Shown one piece after another: positions 1 through 13,255 of a DNA stretch of 64,000 nucleotides. The notes below the pieces were generated by a model that saw only the letters and a list, made by a program, of their open reading frames with translations, was not told the DNA's origin and searched no databases. Source of the DNA: Botryllus schlosseri (taxonomy: Eukaryota); assembly GCA_051294905.1 (NCBI GenBank), contig CM119373.1, positions 4,280,001 to 4,344,000 on the forward strand, in the 5' to 3' direction. Position 1 is the first letter of the stretch, and every line of letters begins with the position of its first letter. A program made the position numbers and the translations under genes.

Positions 1-31
1 TAAATGCTCTTAGAACGTATAGGCTATAGGG

Positions 32-1178
32 CAGGGGTGGGCAAACTTTTGAGCTCGCGGGCCGCATTCAATATCTGAATCCATTCGCGGGCCGCACTAT
101 ATAAAATTCGGATAATAAACTAAAACGCAATTTTGGTATTTGATTATATAGGGAGGACATAATGATAATATATATGCTTGTTTAAAACAATCCAAACATT
201 GCTTTGATGATATCGTACAGAAACAGTGGCGAGATTTCATAGGCTGGTCGACCTCAATAACCAATATGTCAAAACTATAGAGATGAAAGTCGGCTGTCCC
301 GATTCTTAGAACAGGATTGAAATTTAAATCTGTGAGCAGCGATCCGTTCTTAGATTTACTTATTCCATTTCTGGATCAGTTCCAGGACACACAGCATAAC
401 CATGTTAGCTTTCAAAACACGCTTCCACTATGTGTAGATAAAATGTAAATACCCTAAATCTGCGCATACCCAAGGCACGTGCAAATCGTTTTTCATAAGC
501 ACATCACAGAAATAATAAAAAATGGAGTGGCTAATCGGAAATCACACTTGTGATCCGAATTAGCCTATGTCAATCTCGTTAGGATTTCTGTGATGTTTAG
601 CAGTTAAAACCTTTCAAACTGCGGGGGCCTTGAGATCGGGATGTCGCGCCAGAAATTAAACATAAAAAAATGGTATGAAGTATTTACGTTAGAACAGTGA
701 TTCTCAAACTTCTCCCTTCATCCCTTGATGCTAAACGAGTTCGCACCCCCCTTATCGTCATATCACAAAACGCAACCAGGATACTAGCAAACCTAACAAA
801 TAGTTTTATGGCATGGTTACGATTGTGGATGGGAGATTTTTTAATATGAAATTCAGACTAAAAATACAGAGCAACAAATCTGAATGGGACGTAGATCGCG
901 CGAAGCGCGAAAAATATTTTCAGTTGAGCTCAGCTTCGCGCCCATCTTCAGATGCTTTTAGCCGCCAATGGGGGTGCACCCCCAGTTTGAGAACCACTGC
1001 CTAAGAATTATCATGGTGAAATATACCAAGAAAAAGTTTAATAAAGTTCCAGCAGTATTTCAATTTTTATTACGCATTTTATCAATATTTTTAATAAGTT
1101 TCTTTAGACTCTCGCGGGCCGCACAGAACGGTGTGAAGGGCCGCATGCGGCCCGCGGGCCGTAGTTTGCCCACCCCTG
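32..1178. mobile_element. Non-autonomous hAT (Charlie-like) DNA transposon
   Basis: TIR CAGGGGTGGGCAAAC...GTTTGCCCACCCCTG; perfect 8-bp TSD CTATAGGG (24-31, 1179-1186); GCGGGCCGC subterminal motifs; second copy inverted at 56142-58084. Confidence 0.9.
695..999. mobile_element. Older hAT MITE nested in the 32-1178 element
   Basis: TIR CAGTGATTCTCAAACT...AGTTTGAGAACCACTG; degenerate TSD CGTTAGAA/CCTAAGAA; also present in the 56142 copy; related MITE at 33533-33758. Confidence 0.75.
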
Positions 1179-2317
1179 CTATAGGGCCACTAACATGTCT
1201 AGATTTCTACTACTCGTTTCGTATGCTGCTACACAACCAATCGAGTTTTACATTCTTCCACAGTGGAAAATACTAATGACTCTATAATTTTCTCTGATAA
1301 ATTAACCGTTAGGGGTATGCAATGTAAACATTTTCACTCCGCAGAAAAATCATGCAGTCATCAGAGTTACTCGATTCAGTCTCAAGTGCTTCAAACATTG
1401 TGTTCTGTTCCGTGAACGAGAGTGGGCAATGCCACACGTAGGTCACACAACAAATAATATAAATATAATGTAGGCCTATACCTTCAGTTACGTGACCGCA
1501 GATGTTGGAACACTGCGCTTACTGACCAACAACATTGATAGCAACAATGAAATCAGCTTGAGAAGGAATACGCCTACAACTTACGTAACTGAACCCAACT
1601 TTAACAGCATTTTTTAGATTTCTTACACCAACTTCAATTTACTGAAGCATCGAAGCAGCATCAACCATCCCATAGATTTAATTTTCAAATCGTATCATTA
1701 TAATTCGAAATGATAAATTTCTGAAGGAAAGATTTTATCAACATAAGGACTGTCAGTGAAGCATGCAAAGTAGCATTGTCGCGGATGAAAATTCTCCACG
1801 CGAAAGCGCTTATACGATTGAATAATATATTCATATCGTCATAACCCGAATATTTTCGGCTGACACTCGTCGGGGGTAATCGCCAGCAACTATAGTAGAT
1901 AATTTAAACAAACTTCGTCTACCAACAATCGTATATCATCAAATATGACGTCACCGGCGTGGAATTTCGAATAATTGAGGCAAAGAGATGGCCCACGCTC
2001 AATGTTTTACTGGCGTTCCGCATTTCCGGGATAACATATGGAGTGGCGGTGCAAGACTTGAAATTCTTTACAAGGCTATTTTTCTACTTCCCCTGTCCAG
2101 TGGCATGTAGACTACACATCATGCACTCATTGCATGTATATGAGCCAGTGTTGGGATAACTCGAGTTAACACTTTCATGCGACTTGACTTGACTCGAAAC
2201 ACTTTGAAAAAATGACTTGACTTCACTCGATGACTCATAAATACGGAATGACTCGTAGCTGTAGTCACCGGTCTACAACCACAGCTTTAGATGTAAACTA
2301 AACTCTTGTAATTTCAG

Positions 2318-4646
2318 TATGCAACAATTTCATATTCAAACTTCCGAATGAAAACCATTCGGACTACGTCCAGTACAGCGGCACGCTACCGGATATGGCG
2401 TCGTTTCCACATGTTTCTGGATAAGTTCAGTGAACGAAAGTAAGCCGGCGAAAGGATCAATCATAAGTTACTGCGCATACGGTTAGGCATATTGTAATAC
2501 TTTCGGCGTGAAATTGTATAGAAACGAACTGATGAACTGGAATGCAAAGATATTGAATTGGGTTTCGTATCCCATGCCTCGAATGATTACTCATCGGACA
2601 CATATATGTCTAGTCATACAACGGTCTGTATTACAAATATACATCAACGACACCGTGATCACCGACACACACCGAGCTTGGGAATCATTACCAGGAGGCG
2701 GGGTGCTAATTTTCGGGCAGAATCAAGATCACGATTTCGTTGGTGTTCGGCCTGCCAAACCTGACCATTCTCACCAAGGTTTCTACGGTCTAATGGAAGG
2801 TTTACGTATCTGGAATAAAGCTCTCAATGCATCTGACTTACATCGTATGCATGGATGCGACGGAAGCAGTTGTGTTGATGATGCGATCGTGATTGTTAAC
2901 CAATCGAACACATGTTTGCCAGGTCACGTGATTGCAAACTGCAGTGTACCTCAGGGTTGTAACCAAGTCCCATTGTTCCGAGTCACGAGTCAATCTTACT
3001 TTTGTCGTTTTGACTCGAGTCAAGTCGAGTCATTTTCAATTCATCACCGAGTCGAGTCCGAGTCCAAGTCACCGTTTTAAGGCTCAAGTCCGAGTCATAG
3101 TGTTATGACTCGAGTCGAGTCCAAGTCACAGTATTGAAGTCATGTTCAACTCATGTTTTCAATCCTGAATTAGCTTATAGCTTATAGAGAATCAACGAAT
3201 TCATTCTACAAGCTATCTGATATAGAACCAACGAATTCACGTCTAGATACCAGCTGATAGAAAATCAACAGATGCATGTTGATGTAGACGTACAGTTTTT
3301 CTTTCACATTATCAGGTGGTTGACTAAAAAAGGTCAGCTTTCCTGCTCAGCTCCCGAAATAGCTGCCGGAGCGTTACCAATATGAGATGAAATTTTGGAT
3401 TAACTACAAATAGGGATTTTCGAATTTTACCGGCCAACTCATGATATTGTTATATTGGGTAAAAATATAATTCATAGCAAAATTGGCTCAATTCCAACTA
3501 GTAAAAGCGAATTTATTAGAGTGGAATATTTTGGATATGAAAAAATAGTCGGCTTACTACTAGCATGTAGGCTAATTATATTATATGTAATAATTTCTCA
3601 CCAAAAACACTCCCTTTATTTTAAAATATAAAATTTTCTCCTCTGATATCATTAATTCTACTTTTTTTTTAAATTAAGCAAGATTCAGTATTCTTTTTAT
3701 CCCACAAAACAATTTTACCAAGTAGCCACCCAGTAAAATAAATAAGAAGTTATTTTTGAACAACCCTATTGCACAAACATGACACATTAGCCATTCATTA
3801 TTACTCACATGCACAATGCACATACCTAACAAAACGTGAAATGGATGGAGTGTAGGCCTATTGTGTGTTTTCACTGACAGCAGATCAAATCAATGATGAG
3901 TTACAATTCAGAAATAATAAAGTGGAAAAGGGATCCTAATATATGTTATAGCGGCATGGCCTTAGAATAAATCCACATCTACTGAAACACGTTCCACTGG
4001 TGCACTAGATACAGAAATTGACAAGCATTTTTGAACCACATTGAAGAGCATTGGATACTCATTATTTCTGGTCGCCCAAGAATGCAAAAATTCATCGACT
4101 TCAAATCTGAGCTTATTAGTCCCTTCCAAGTAGGCTTGAACATCTGAGTCATTTCATTGCCTCAAATTGAACTTTGCTTCGATTGTTTGCTTGTATAATT
4201 GAAAAGTCTCGAGTACTTTGATTGCGGAGGATCTATTACATCTTCATCACAGGATGATTTTGTACAATGCATTGCTACTATATGTGCCATTGTCTGTTGT
4301 TTTTACGGCGGCATATCTGATATCAGACGAGTGCAACGAAAGCAGTGGCGACAAATAGCGATATCGGCAGAATTCGTCATATGCGTTGATCTAGCCAGTA
4401 CGATTGGCAAATTTCTTCATCTTCAAGTCATATAAAATATGCCGAGTCAATGACTTGGGTCGAGTAATGCGTAATGACTCGAGTACAAGTCGAGTCAATC
4501 CAAATATTGACTCGAGTCGAGTCGAGTCATTTTCCCTTTTCAAGAAAATGACTCGAGTCAAGTCGAGTCACCAAAAATTCGTGACTCGAGTCTGACTCGA
4601 GTCGAGTCATGACTCGAGTCATTACAACCCTGGTGTACCTTGTTAG
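2318..4646 (+). pseudogene. Pentraxin-domain terminal exon, inactivated (coding 2318-2951 plus 4641-4646)
   Basis: TTTCAG acceptor; close paralog of 42047-42681; 1-nt deletion near 2405, in-frame TAG at 2484-2486, and hAT insertion between the last Pro and Cys codons; motifs THICLV, LPGGGVLIFGQNQD, LRIWNKAL. Confidence 0.88.
2952..4632 (-). mobile_element. Internally deleted hAT element (GACTCGAGTC-rich family), copy 1
   Basis: TIR CAGGGTTGTAA...TTACAACCCTG; TSD GTGTACCT (2944-2951, 4633-4640); many GACTCGAGTC subterminal palindromes; decayed hAT dimerisation motif (SSAPVERV) on minus near 3960-4100. Confidence 0.92.
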
Positions 4647-4822
4647 GCGGCGTGTGTGTTAATAGGTGTGTCATCTATGAAATCAGTATTTAGTATGATT
4701 CGAAAAGTCTTATTAGATTGCATTTTTATTGCAATTTCATCTGTTTTTGATATTGTTCTCGGATATGAATCGTATACTCAGTCTTTATAATTGGTTTGCG
4801 ACTATTGACCGCTGGATATCAA

Positions 4823-5340
4823 TAGGGTTGGGCAAAATCGAGTACCTGAGTGATTCGATTCTGAATCACGTATTATGCTTCGAGTCGAGTCGAGTATTCG
4901 AATATCACTCATTACGACGTCATAACATAATGTAAGATGTCAAAGTTCAAATATGTACCTTTCATGCCACCCGAAAGAATATAATGCTTGTTAGCCATGA
5001 CATTAAAGATACCTTGGTATTTTTTCGACCACACCGAATTCATTGCACTTCGTGACAATGTCGTCGTATGGTCAGAACTTCGGAAATGTGGTATTTCCAG
5101 TAACGTTACTTGCTTTGTACTATATTTTTCGGATGCTGCGCGATACAGCCAATTAGGGTTTCAAGGCTTGCACAGTGGAAAATAGAACCAAGACTATAAT
5201 TATCGTCGATAAATAACTTTCAGTGGCGAGGAGCGTATAATGTCAGTACTCGAAAAAATCATCTTTTACTACTCGACTCATATCATTAAAATTATTACTC
5301 GATTCAGATTCGAGTACTCGAATCATTATGCCCACCCCCA
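4823..5340. mobile_element. hAT MITE in the 3' flank of the pentraxin pseudo-exon
   Basis: TAGGGTTGGGCA...TGCCCACCCCCA; TSD GATATCAA/GATATAAA; the paralogous flank near 42844 shows the empty site GATATAAA. Confidence 0.85.
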
Positions 5341-6068
5341 GATATAAATTGATGAATTTCTATTCAAGCACTACCCTATTGGGTACATGACATCGTTATT
5401 GCGGAAGTTGTTGTTGTTGGAGTAGAGACTGCTAGCATATACGTCGATCGTGATGTCTCTCATCACACCAAAAAATATCTACAGACTGCGCCGTGCATGT
5501 TACTGCATCACCAAGCCGAAAGAAACAGGATATCCTGACATGTTACCTTTAGATCAGCTGTTCCGAACCTTCACTAACCTGACAAAGCCTTTGGCGAACC
5601 CTAAATTATTGATGTCTTATGAGAGAAAAACCGCCATAATACACATCTTATACATTACTATAGAATACTAGTGCATAAATTGAACTTTGCGACAACAAAA
5701 AAAAAACGTAGTGTACGTAAGTATAAGTGAAATGGCATCAGGTAATGTTGGAGTGCAATTGGTAGTTGTGCAACAAGCATTACCAAATGAGATAGCACTC
5801 ATCAATCAAATCTACTGAGATACTCCGAATGAAGTAGAAGTGCGCCAGGGTTACCATGTTTTTGTGGTTCAAATTCCGGACACTGATTAGTGCCCACTAG
5901 TGGGTTTCAAAATGACGTATGGTCACATTGTCTGTTAATATGACGTCACACTGTCAAAGTTTTGCCTATTGACTGTATAGAGGAGTGGAACATGGGTACT
6001 GAATTGAGCCATCTCTAATGCGAGCTCCGCGATGATGCTCTTCTGTCTTATAATTTGGTCTGCTACAG

Positions 6069-6325
6069 ATTTCTTCACGGGCCGAGTGAAATCGTCCGGT
6101 GGACCGTTTCCGACCAGCTGGTGGTAGATGATGACTTCGAGAATGCAGGGATCGTTAAGTCATGCTCATGTCACACTAATAGTACTATTCATGAGCCGAA
6201 ATTACGGTTCGCACCAGCAGGTTGCCCATCCGGGGTTTCCATCGTTTTATGGTCTCGATTCCATTTCCAATTTAAAAATGTTCCGTGGCCCAGCTGAAAA
6301 TTTTATAAGCTGATTACTACAAAAG
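6069..6325 (+). pseudogene. LamG/concanavalin-A-fold-like exon with an in-frame stop
   Basis: CTACAG acceptor and AAG|GTAAGC donor; peptide ...KSCSCH...FAPAGCPSGVSIVLWSRF resembles the C..P..CP.G.T.S.W motif of LamG-3-type domains; TGA at 6295-6297. Confidence 0.4.
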
Positions 6326-7601
6326 GTAAGCACGTTTGCACAGACTTACTCACAGCCTTTTTCAGAAACTGATTGCGCTTAACATATCCCCGATCCTCAG
6401 AACAAAGACCAACGACCCCCAGGTCTAGAACAGTTGTTGACTAATGCAACCATACAGCCTTAACCTACTCTAGGAATATACAGTTATCTTATAATTGGGA
6501 TTTGGATCAATTGCAGTTCAATTACAATCTTAATTACAATTACTCCCTTGCATTTTTCAATTTTAATGCAATTACTCCATGCTAAAATATCAAATTTCAA
6601 TTACAAGTACAATTACAATTACTGTTAAACATGTAATTGATCAATCATAAATTCAACTTCGGTAGAGAGGTGCTCTTTGACAACCGTACCGACGTAATTA
6701 GCAACAATCACGAGCTATTCATGTTTCATTCATGAAACGTAGAATACACATAAAAAAAACTCGAACGTTTTCGATCTATTCCTAATCATGAGTATTGAAA
6801 ATGGCCCAGCACAGGTTTTGGAAGAGTTTATTAGCTGTTCATCCATTTTGGAAATACCAAGATTTAGAGTGTAAACAGACTGATGTGAATAATTCGATAT
6901 ATAGTTTCCTAGCAAGCGGAGTGCTTACAGAAATATTGGATCAAGTCATTCAATTAATTTCAAGTTTGCTTGAAACATACTTGTATCAATTGGCCTCAAT
7001 GTAACCATAGCTCACCGGTTGAGTTACATACAATTCCAATGCATTTGCATTGCGGATGCGTTAACAGGCGTGGCGTAGTTCGATCTATGAGTCCTCGCAC
7101 ATCATCCATTTTCAGCAACACTCAATTTCTTGAAACGCCAGCACGACGATTATTCGGCATATGACTGAGTGCATCGTTGACGCGAGGCTTTATTGAAACT
7201 TCCTTATCACGAGTTATACAGAATGTAACCACATTTCACAGTCAAAAATAAGCTATTCAGAGTGAGATGACAAGTGTTTTCAGCTCTTGTACGGCATGAG
7301 ACAAAGACCGCGCAGTGTTTATATTATGAGCCTATCCGGGTCGTTTAGAAAGAAGCTTATGAGGTATTGAAAGTCGGATTTTGTCTGTAATATACTATAT
7401 AATCTATAAGACAGACAGTAATTCGGCAGTATACTAATTCAGCTTCGTGCCACGGGTCATTCTGTCAATCAGATTATTCTACATCCATGTTTAATTGTTT
7501 GATTATAAATAGGTATATGTAATAAAATGTTCAAATGTGACAAATATTTACATTCAACGCGAAAACCATATGGCGCATTGTTGCTGTCACTGTGTCAGTA
7601 C

Positions 7602-7810
7602 CAATGATGAGCATCGGACGGATTCGGATATGATTCGGACCGGATTTTGCACGATTTTGAGACAGTCGGTTTTGTCGGATTCTGGACGAGATTTTTCGGA
7701 TTCGCATTGATGTTTTCATGAGATTGTTCAGATTCGGACAGATATTTCCTCAGAATTTCGAGCTGTCGGATGGATTCGGATTCTCAGAAATCCATATCCG
7801 CTCATCACTG
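7602..7810. mobile_element. Short hAT MITE with CGGAT/ATTCGG repeats
   Basis: CAATGATGAGC...GCTCATCACTG termini; TCAGTAC(C) flanks both sides. Confidence 0.75.
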
Positions 7811-8129
7811 TCAGTACCTGACATTTCCTTCTACATCGGTATTTTATGTCTCGACAAAGTTAACCGTAATTGCAAGACCAGCAGCTTTCCTCTGTAATGG
7901 AAATAAGTAGTGATACTCGAATTTTCTTGCATCCTAACCATATGACGAGTGACGAATGACGAATCCTATGTAGCGAATTGCCACCTCATGACGTCATAAA
8001 TATTAAATTGTAACCTACCAGTTGTTTGGCATGGTGTTGCGGCTCTTTGGGAATAACCATTGGAAATATTGGACCAATGAGGCTCTTTTGACGAAAAAGG
8101 TTCCCGACCCCTAGTCTCGGGTATGGTTG

Positions 8130-8711
8130 TCGAATGTTAACATGGAATGGCAACGACCGATTTTGCAGCTTCGATCCGCCTTGCGGTGGCTGGATTCAGA
8201 ATTGATTTGCGGCAGCGACTGTAGGATTTTGGCAATCCAAAAGTTATCATCCAGAGCGCAGAATTTACCGAATCTGATCTTGATCGAAGACTACTGTCGC
8301 ACAGATTCCGAAAATATAAATTAAAATATGGTCAGGCTCCGGACTTGGACCAAAATCCCCCTCAACATCTGAAATCTGCATTGCTCGGAACAATCGGATG
8401 ACCCCAGAACATTGACCATATCAATGACCCATTGCGACTCTCCTATTGTTCGCACAATGGCGATATTTCAGACTTGGAGGGCGAATTCAGGGTGGTTGCG
8501 ATGCCTGACCACATTTTAGTATATATTGTCGGTATCGGTGCGACAGTAGCTTTCGATCAAGACCAGATTCGGTAAATTCTGCGCTCTGGATGCTAACTTT
8601 TGAATTGCCAGAATTCCCACAGTCGCGCCCTCGAATCAATCCAGTATCCAGCCTCAGCGAAGTGGAACGGAGCAGAAAAATCGGTCGTCGAAAATCCATG
8701 TTTACATTCGA
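8130..8711. mobile_element. Foldback MITE with ~210-bp diverged inverted arms
   Basis: 8130-8338 is the reverse complement of 8502-8711 (e.g. CAGAGCGCAGAATTTACCGAATCTG / CAGATTCGGTAAATTCTGCGCTCTG). Confidence 0.8.
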
Positions 8712-9029
8712 TTGTATGGTACAGTGGCTGCTAGATCACTCGCGCTAAATTCAGTGCGCTAGCTACACAAAACGCATGCTAACCTCAGAACATTACAAAA
8801 ATATTCTTATCTAACGTCGTTCCTAACGTTACATTAGGTAGCTTGTGGCTGGATTTCCCTTGGAAAGAGGAGTAAATCAACTTATAAAACACAATGGACA
8901 CGTTAAAAGGCGAGCGTGACGTGTTTGTAATGTACAGGATGTAATTTCCATGGGGTAGCAATCAAACCGTAATAAAGCCTGAAAATGCATTCCTCAGCTA
9001 GTGTAGGCTTACGGCAATATCTCACAGGG

Positions 9030-9310
9030 TTTGTGTTGTTTGTTTACTAGATATTCATGGTGTTTCGACAACATTGGTACTTTTAAAACCAGACCGATAT
9101 TCTTTTTATTTTCTATTTCATATTCACCGACCTGTAGCACAGCCCACTTCTATGCTGTTGATAAAACACCGCTTACGCGGATCACGTATGGCGAGGAAGA
9201 GCTTAGATAAGCCTCCAACACTTAGGTAGGAATCTTGGAGTCTACCTCGGTCTGAGTCGAACCAACAATCCGTAAGTGTTCCAGTTGTGGCTCAGACGGT
9301 TGACGCCAGC
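9030..9310 (-). mobile_element. tRNA-derived SINE, diverged copy
   Basis: Aligns by eye to the 10735-10995 and 32600-32870 copies (CCGCTTACGCGG, CCTCCAACACTT). Confidence 0.7.
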
Positions 9311-9993
9311 TAATCATTTTCAATTTCCACCAGACGAGGACGCTATATATAGATGATTCTTGTTTGCGCTGCTCCACCACCAGCTACACCTCAGTAACTG
9401 TGCCTATTATGACTCTATACCGGTGGTTCTCAACCGAGGGTCCACGAAACCTCTAATTTTGCTAAATAATTTATAACCTAACATTAGGAAAATCGCGGGG
9501 CAATTTTGCTTCGTAAGAGCTAAAACTTCAAGATCCACATCAACAGAACGGGGTCTCATATGAAATATACCAATACACATATTGTACAAACTCGTTTTAA
9601 TTGCCAATAGTTCACTGATAATAACATATTGCTGCCTAAAGACGTTTTTGGGGGTTTCTGAAAAAATGCAGAATACCATGATCAATCAGGGTGACTTGGA
9701 AATGTTTGCGAAACATTTTGGACCTGAAGTTGTTAGTACGCGCAAAATGGTGAACAGTAGTTTGGAATAGAAATTCCTAATCAGTTTCAACAAAGCGTTT
9801 GACACCTCAACACGAAATATATTTTTTTCAGTGATATACATATCCACTATTCTCGATTTTCGAAAATCTCTTTCTTACTTTTGTTGCCATGTATGTTGCG
9901 AACATACCCGAAGGTCTCGATGGAACCGTTACGTTAATATTTCATTCGAGATCATCTATCTTTAAGGAATCTGATTTTCGACAGTCGTTATAT

Positions 9994-11629
9994 CAGTGGT
10001 CGGGAACCTTTTTCGCCTGAAGAGCCATATTAACAGTATATTTTCCATTTTACCTCCCAAAGAGCCATACATGTCAATCAACTACAACGTCACAATTGAA
10101 AAATCGTGACCTCATGGTACAGCAAATTCGAAATCACCGCATGGGATTCGTCGTTTACACCGTATTTTCTCAGTAAAAACTCGTACTCATCATGCTGGTT
10201 GCCTTATTTGAATAATGAGTGTGCAAAACTTGAGCTACATCGATTTTGTGCAAGTAACATATTTTTAATTGTATTGCACTGAGAGGTATATGATATTTTT
10301 CGAAGCTTAAGACGTGTAACATTTAGATTTCCAACAGACGTAGACAACAAGGAAAGTATGAATCTACTTTTAACACGCCTTTTACAGTTAATGCGTCTTT
10401 TAGTATTGCATGGTATTCCTGATGGCATTTTAGTATGGTTGATAATTGTAAAGGTTAAGCCTCGTACTAAATTTGAGACTTTCGTCAGTTTTACGAGATC
10501 GTAAGTTCGTCTTGATGCTATTCTTAAATGGGAGGACCCATTATTATGCATATCCATTTGTGATGCGTCAGTGACGTGGGGTCAGAGGAGGCAAGTGAGG
10601 CTTTGCCTTACCTATCTACTAGATTTTTAACATTTTTACTTCCAAAATCACGCAATTTGCCTATTTATTGTTAGAAAATAAAGTTCGAAACAGAGGCTAA
10701 GGTATTGCGATAGCGCAATTGTTGACGTTCGTGGTATTCATGGTGTTTGTCGACTATTGTGATCATTCACACCAGGCCGATATTCCTTATTTTTGATCCG
10801 AATCTTCCGACTTCTAGCACGGCACACTTCTAGGCTTTTTGTAAGAAACCGCTTACGCGGATGAGATGGCGAGTAGGAGCCTAAATAAACCTCCAACACT
10901 TGGGTAGGAATTCGGAAGTCGACATCGGTCGGACTCGAACCCACAACCCATTGGTGTTGTAGCTGTAGATTATACTACTACTCTATCTCGTCACTTTGAT
11001 AGCGCAATTCATCGTAAATATCATAGAATGCATAATAACTGATATTATTCGAATGTAATTGCCGCACTGATTCCGATTCGCCTTCTCAATTCTCAGAGTA
11101 TTCGGCGGTAACATTTGCGCAACACGCCTACATTTTAACAGCGACAACAAAGTTACGTTGTCAATCAAGAAAATGAATAGCTATGGCGTTGTTTGTAATT
11201 TGAATTTGTAATTGTGAATGTCAGTTCCATGGCAGTTTATTTCTCGCCGGAGATCAGAAAGACAATTTGTATTTGAAAACTGTATTGTGATACAGGCGCC
11301 GACATGTCTCCTAGTCTCTTTGATCAATGAATGCATCGTGCAATTCAAGATTTCGTACCGGGTTATCGAATTTGCGAGTGATATGGGTCGCCGAAGCGAC
11401 AGGAACTTGTATTTGAAGATTTTGAAAAGGGTATCCGAACCCCTAACAATCAATACGTCACTGTATTAACCTCTTAAAGACATTTTGATACTGCCACAAG
11501 AATAATTATAGCGCTCGTGCTGAAGATTTGATGATAAGTTGCTGCTAAATTGATAAATTATGCACAGAAATGAAATATTGCAAAGAGCCATATCTTATGC
11601 CCAAATGAGCCATAGGTTCCCGACCAGTG
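9994..11629. mobile_element. Nested hAT MITE (GAGCCA subterminal motifs)
   Basis: CAGTGGTCGGGAACC...GGTTCCCGACCAGTG; TSD CGTTATAT/CGCTATAT. Confidence 0.8.
10735..10995 (-). mobile_element. tRNA-derived SINE
   Basis: B box GGTTCGAGTCC on minus; body matches 32600-32870. Confidence 0.8.
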
Positions 11630-11789
11630 CGCTATATTAAAGCAAAGGCGCGGATATTCAAGACACGACCACGAATTTAAAGAAATGTAGCTGCTGAATT
11701 TGCTTTGAAATGATAAAAGTCTACCGAAGCCCGACATATGGCAGGATGCTATTTCCCAAAAAAATACATTTTTTGCGGTTTATCACTAG

Positions 11790-13036
11790 CAGAGGTGGTC
11801 CGAGTAGTCAGTAGAAAAACCTACTCAAGTATACAAGTAGAAGTACTTCTTCAATAAACAACTTGAAACTGCGTGAAGTAGAAGTAAATTAAAATCTTTA
11901 AATCTACCCAAGTAGGCACCTTAACAAGTTGTGAAAACGATTGTGATTCGTTATCATGAATTGTCAAAAGCTGCAAATTGAACTATGCGAAAGTTGCAGA
12001 GCTTAATTCGTATTGATGCATACCTGGAGGTATCCAATTTTCGACAGCATAAGTACCGTCCGCATCAAGGGATGAAAAAAAGTATTGTTATGGAAATGCG
12101 ATACTAATCCTCTGTTTACTCGAACAGCCTGTTTTAGAAAATATCATGGTATGGCGGCTTCCCATATTATAAGGTCTGTAGTGTGGTCGAAGAGCAATAC
12201 AGAGAAGTTGAATCGGATTCGGTGTAAACATTTGCGCGATTAGTAAACGTTAATAAGAAAAAGATGGTGGATCGTAAAAATGCCATATTGTGTAGCTTTC
12301 TTTCCGGAAATTAAAGGCCTTACTACACTTTCTTTTACCCTTCGACATGTATGTTCTCCAGACAAAAGAACTGATACTAATTAGAACTCAAAGTATAATA
12401 CTGGGAATTGAAAGAGAATTATAAATACTACTTCTAAAAACGGAAAATGTATTTCATGTCCTTAGTCCAGAAAGTTTCAAAGGTGGTATGCGAAAACAAA
12501 TCTAAAACTAAAAAAATAGTCAGAGTCCACATTTCCAGATTAGGACACGCCATGGACTGTCAGATTAGGATATGATAAGTAAATGCTAGATTGCGAAACA
12601 TCAGTGTGAAACGTTATGATTGTCCATACATATAGTGATGAAATATTTCATGCGTTGTGAACGGAACCGCACAACCCGCTACCTTAAAATTATATTCACC
12701 GATACTTTCGTGAAATCATATATTGGTCACTTCATATCCACTGTGCGCGAAGCGCGACGAAAATTTTGGGCTTCACTCAACTTTCATGAAAATTAAATGT
12801 TGATACTCCGTGAAAACAGCCCCGAAATCCCTCAGGCTATCTTCCTCATCGGAGGATTAAACTACTTCTACTTGACGAACTGAAAATAGCGAAAAATAAG
12901 TAATTAGATCACAAAATATTACGAAGTAGAAGTGGAAGTAGCGGAAAATTAGATCTACTTGAGTGTTTACCCAAGTAGTAGAAAACCACTTGAGTACTTC
13001 AAACAAGCAGAAGAGATTCGTTACTGACCACCTCTG
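11790..13036. mobile_element. Nested hAT MITE (AAGTA/AGTAG subterminal repeats)
   Basis: CAGAGGTGGTC...GACCACCTCTG; TSD ATCACTAG/ATCTCTAG. Confidence 0.8.
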
Positions 13037-13255
13037 ATCTCTAGTCTACAATTAATATATGTACAAGACAGATGACGGTTGCACGATAATTGAGTTAATT
13101 TGAAGTAAAACTTGTGAGGGTACGAAAGGGTCCGTGACGGTACAAAAGGGGTCCGCAAAGACAAAAAGGTTGAGAACCACTGCTCTATACAGTTTATCGA
13201 ATAACGATAGATCGTGAAGAATAGCTGATTTGCTGTACTTTAGAATGTGCTACAG

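Larger units (their letters stand above)
2265..5841 (+). repeat. Duplicated ~1.35-kb module (acceptor + pentraxin exon + 3' flank); partner at ~41995-43342
   Basis: Colinear similarity from the intron end through the 3' flank once the insertions at 2952-4632 and 4823-5340 are removed. Confidence 0.85.
9421..13182. mobile_element. hAT (Charlie-like) MITE expanded by nested insertions
   Basis: CGGTGGTTCTCAACC...GGTTGAGAACCACTG; perfect TSD CTCTATAC; related fragments at ~51400-51790 and ~54500-55230. Confidence 0.85.

Noticed and set aside
813..1276. Similar ORFs at 968-1276 and 56137-56400, 5450-5671 and 42975-43157, 22407-22625 and 26537-26818
   Set aside because: The similarity comes from repeat or flank duplication, not conserved coding.
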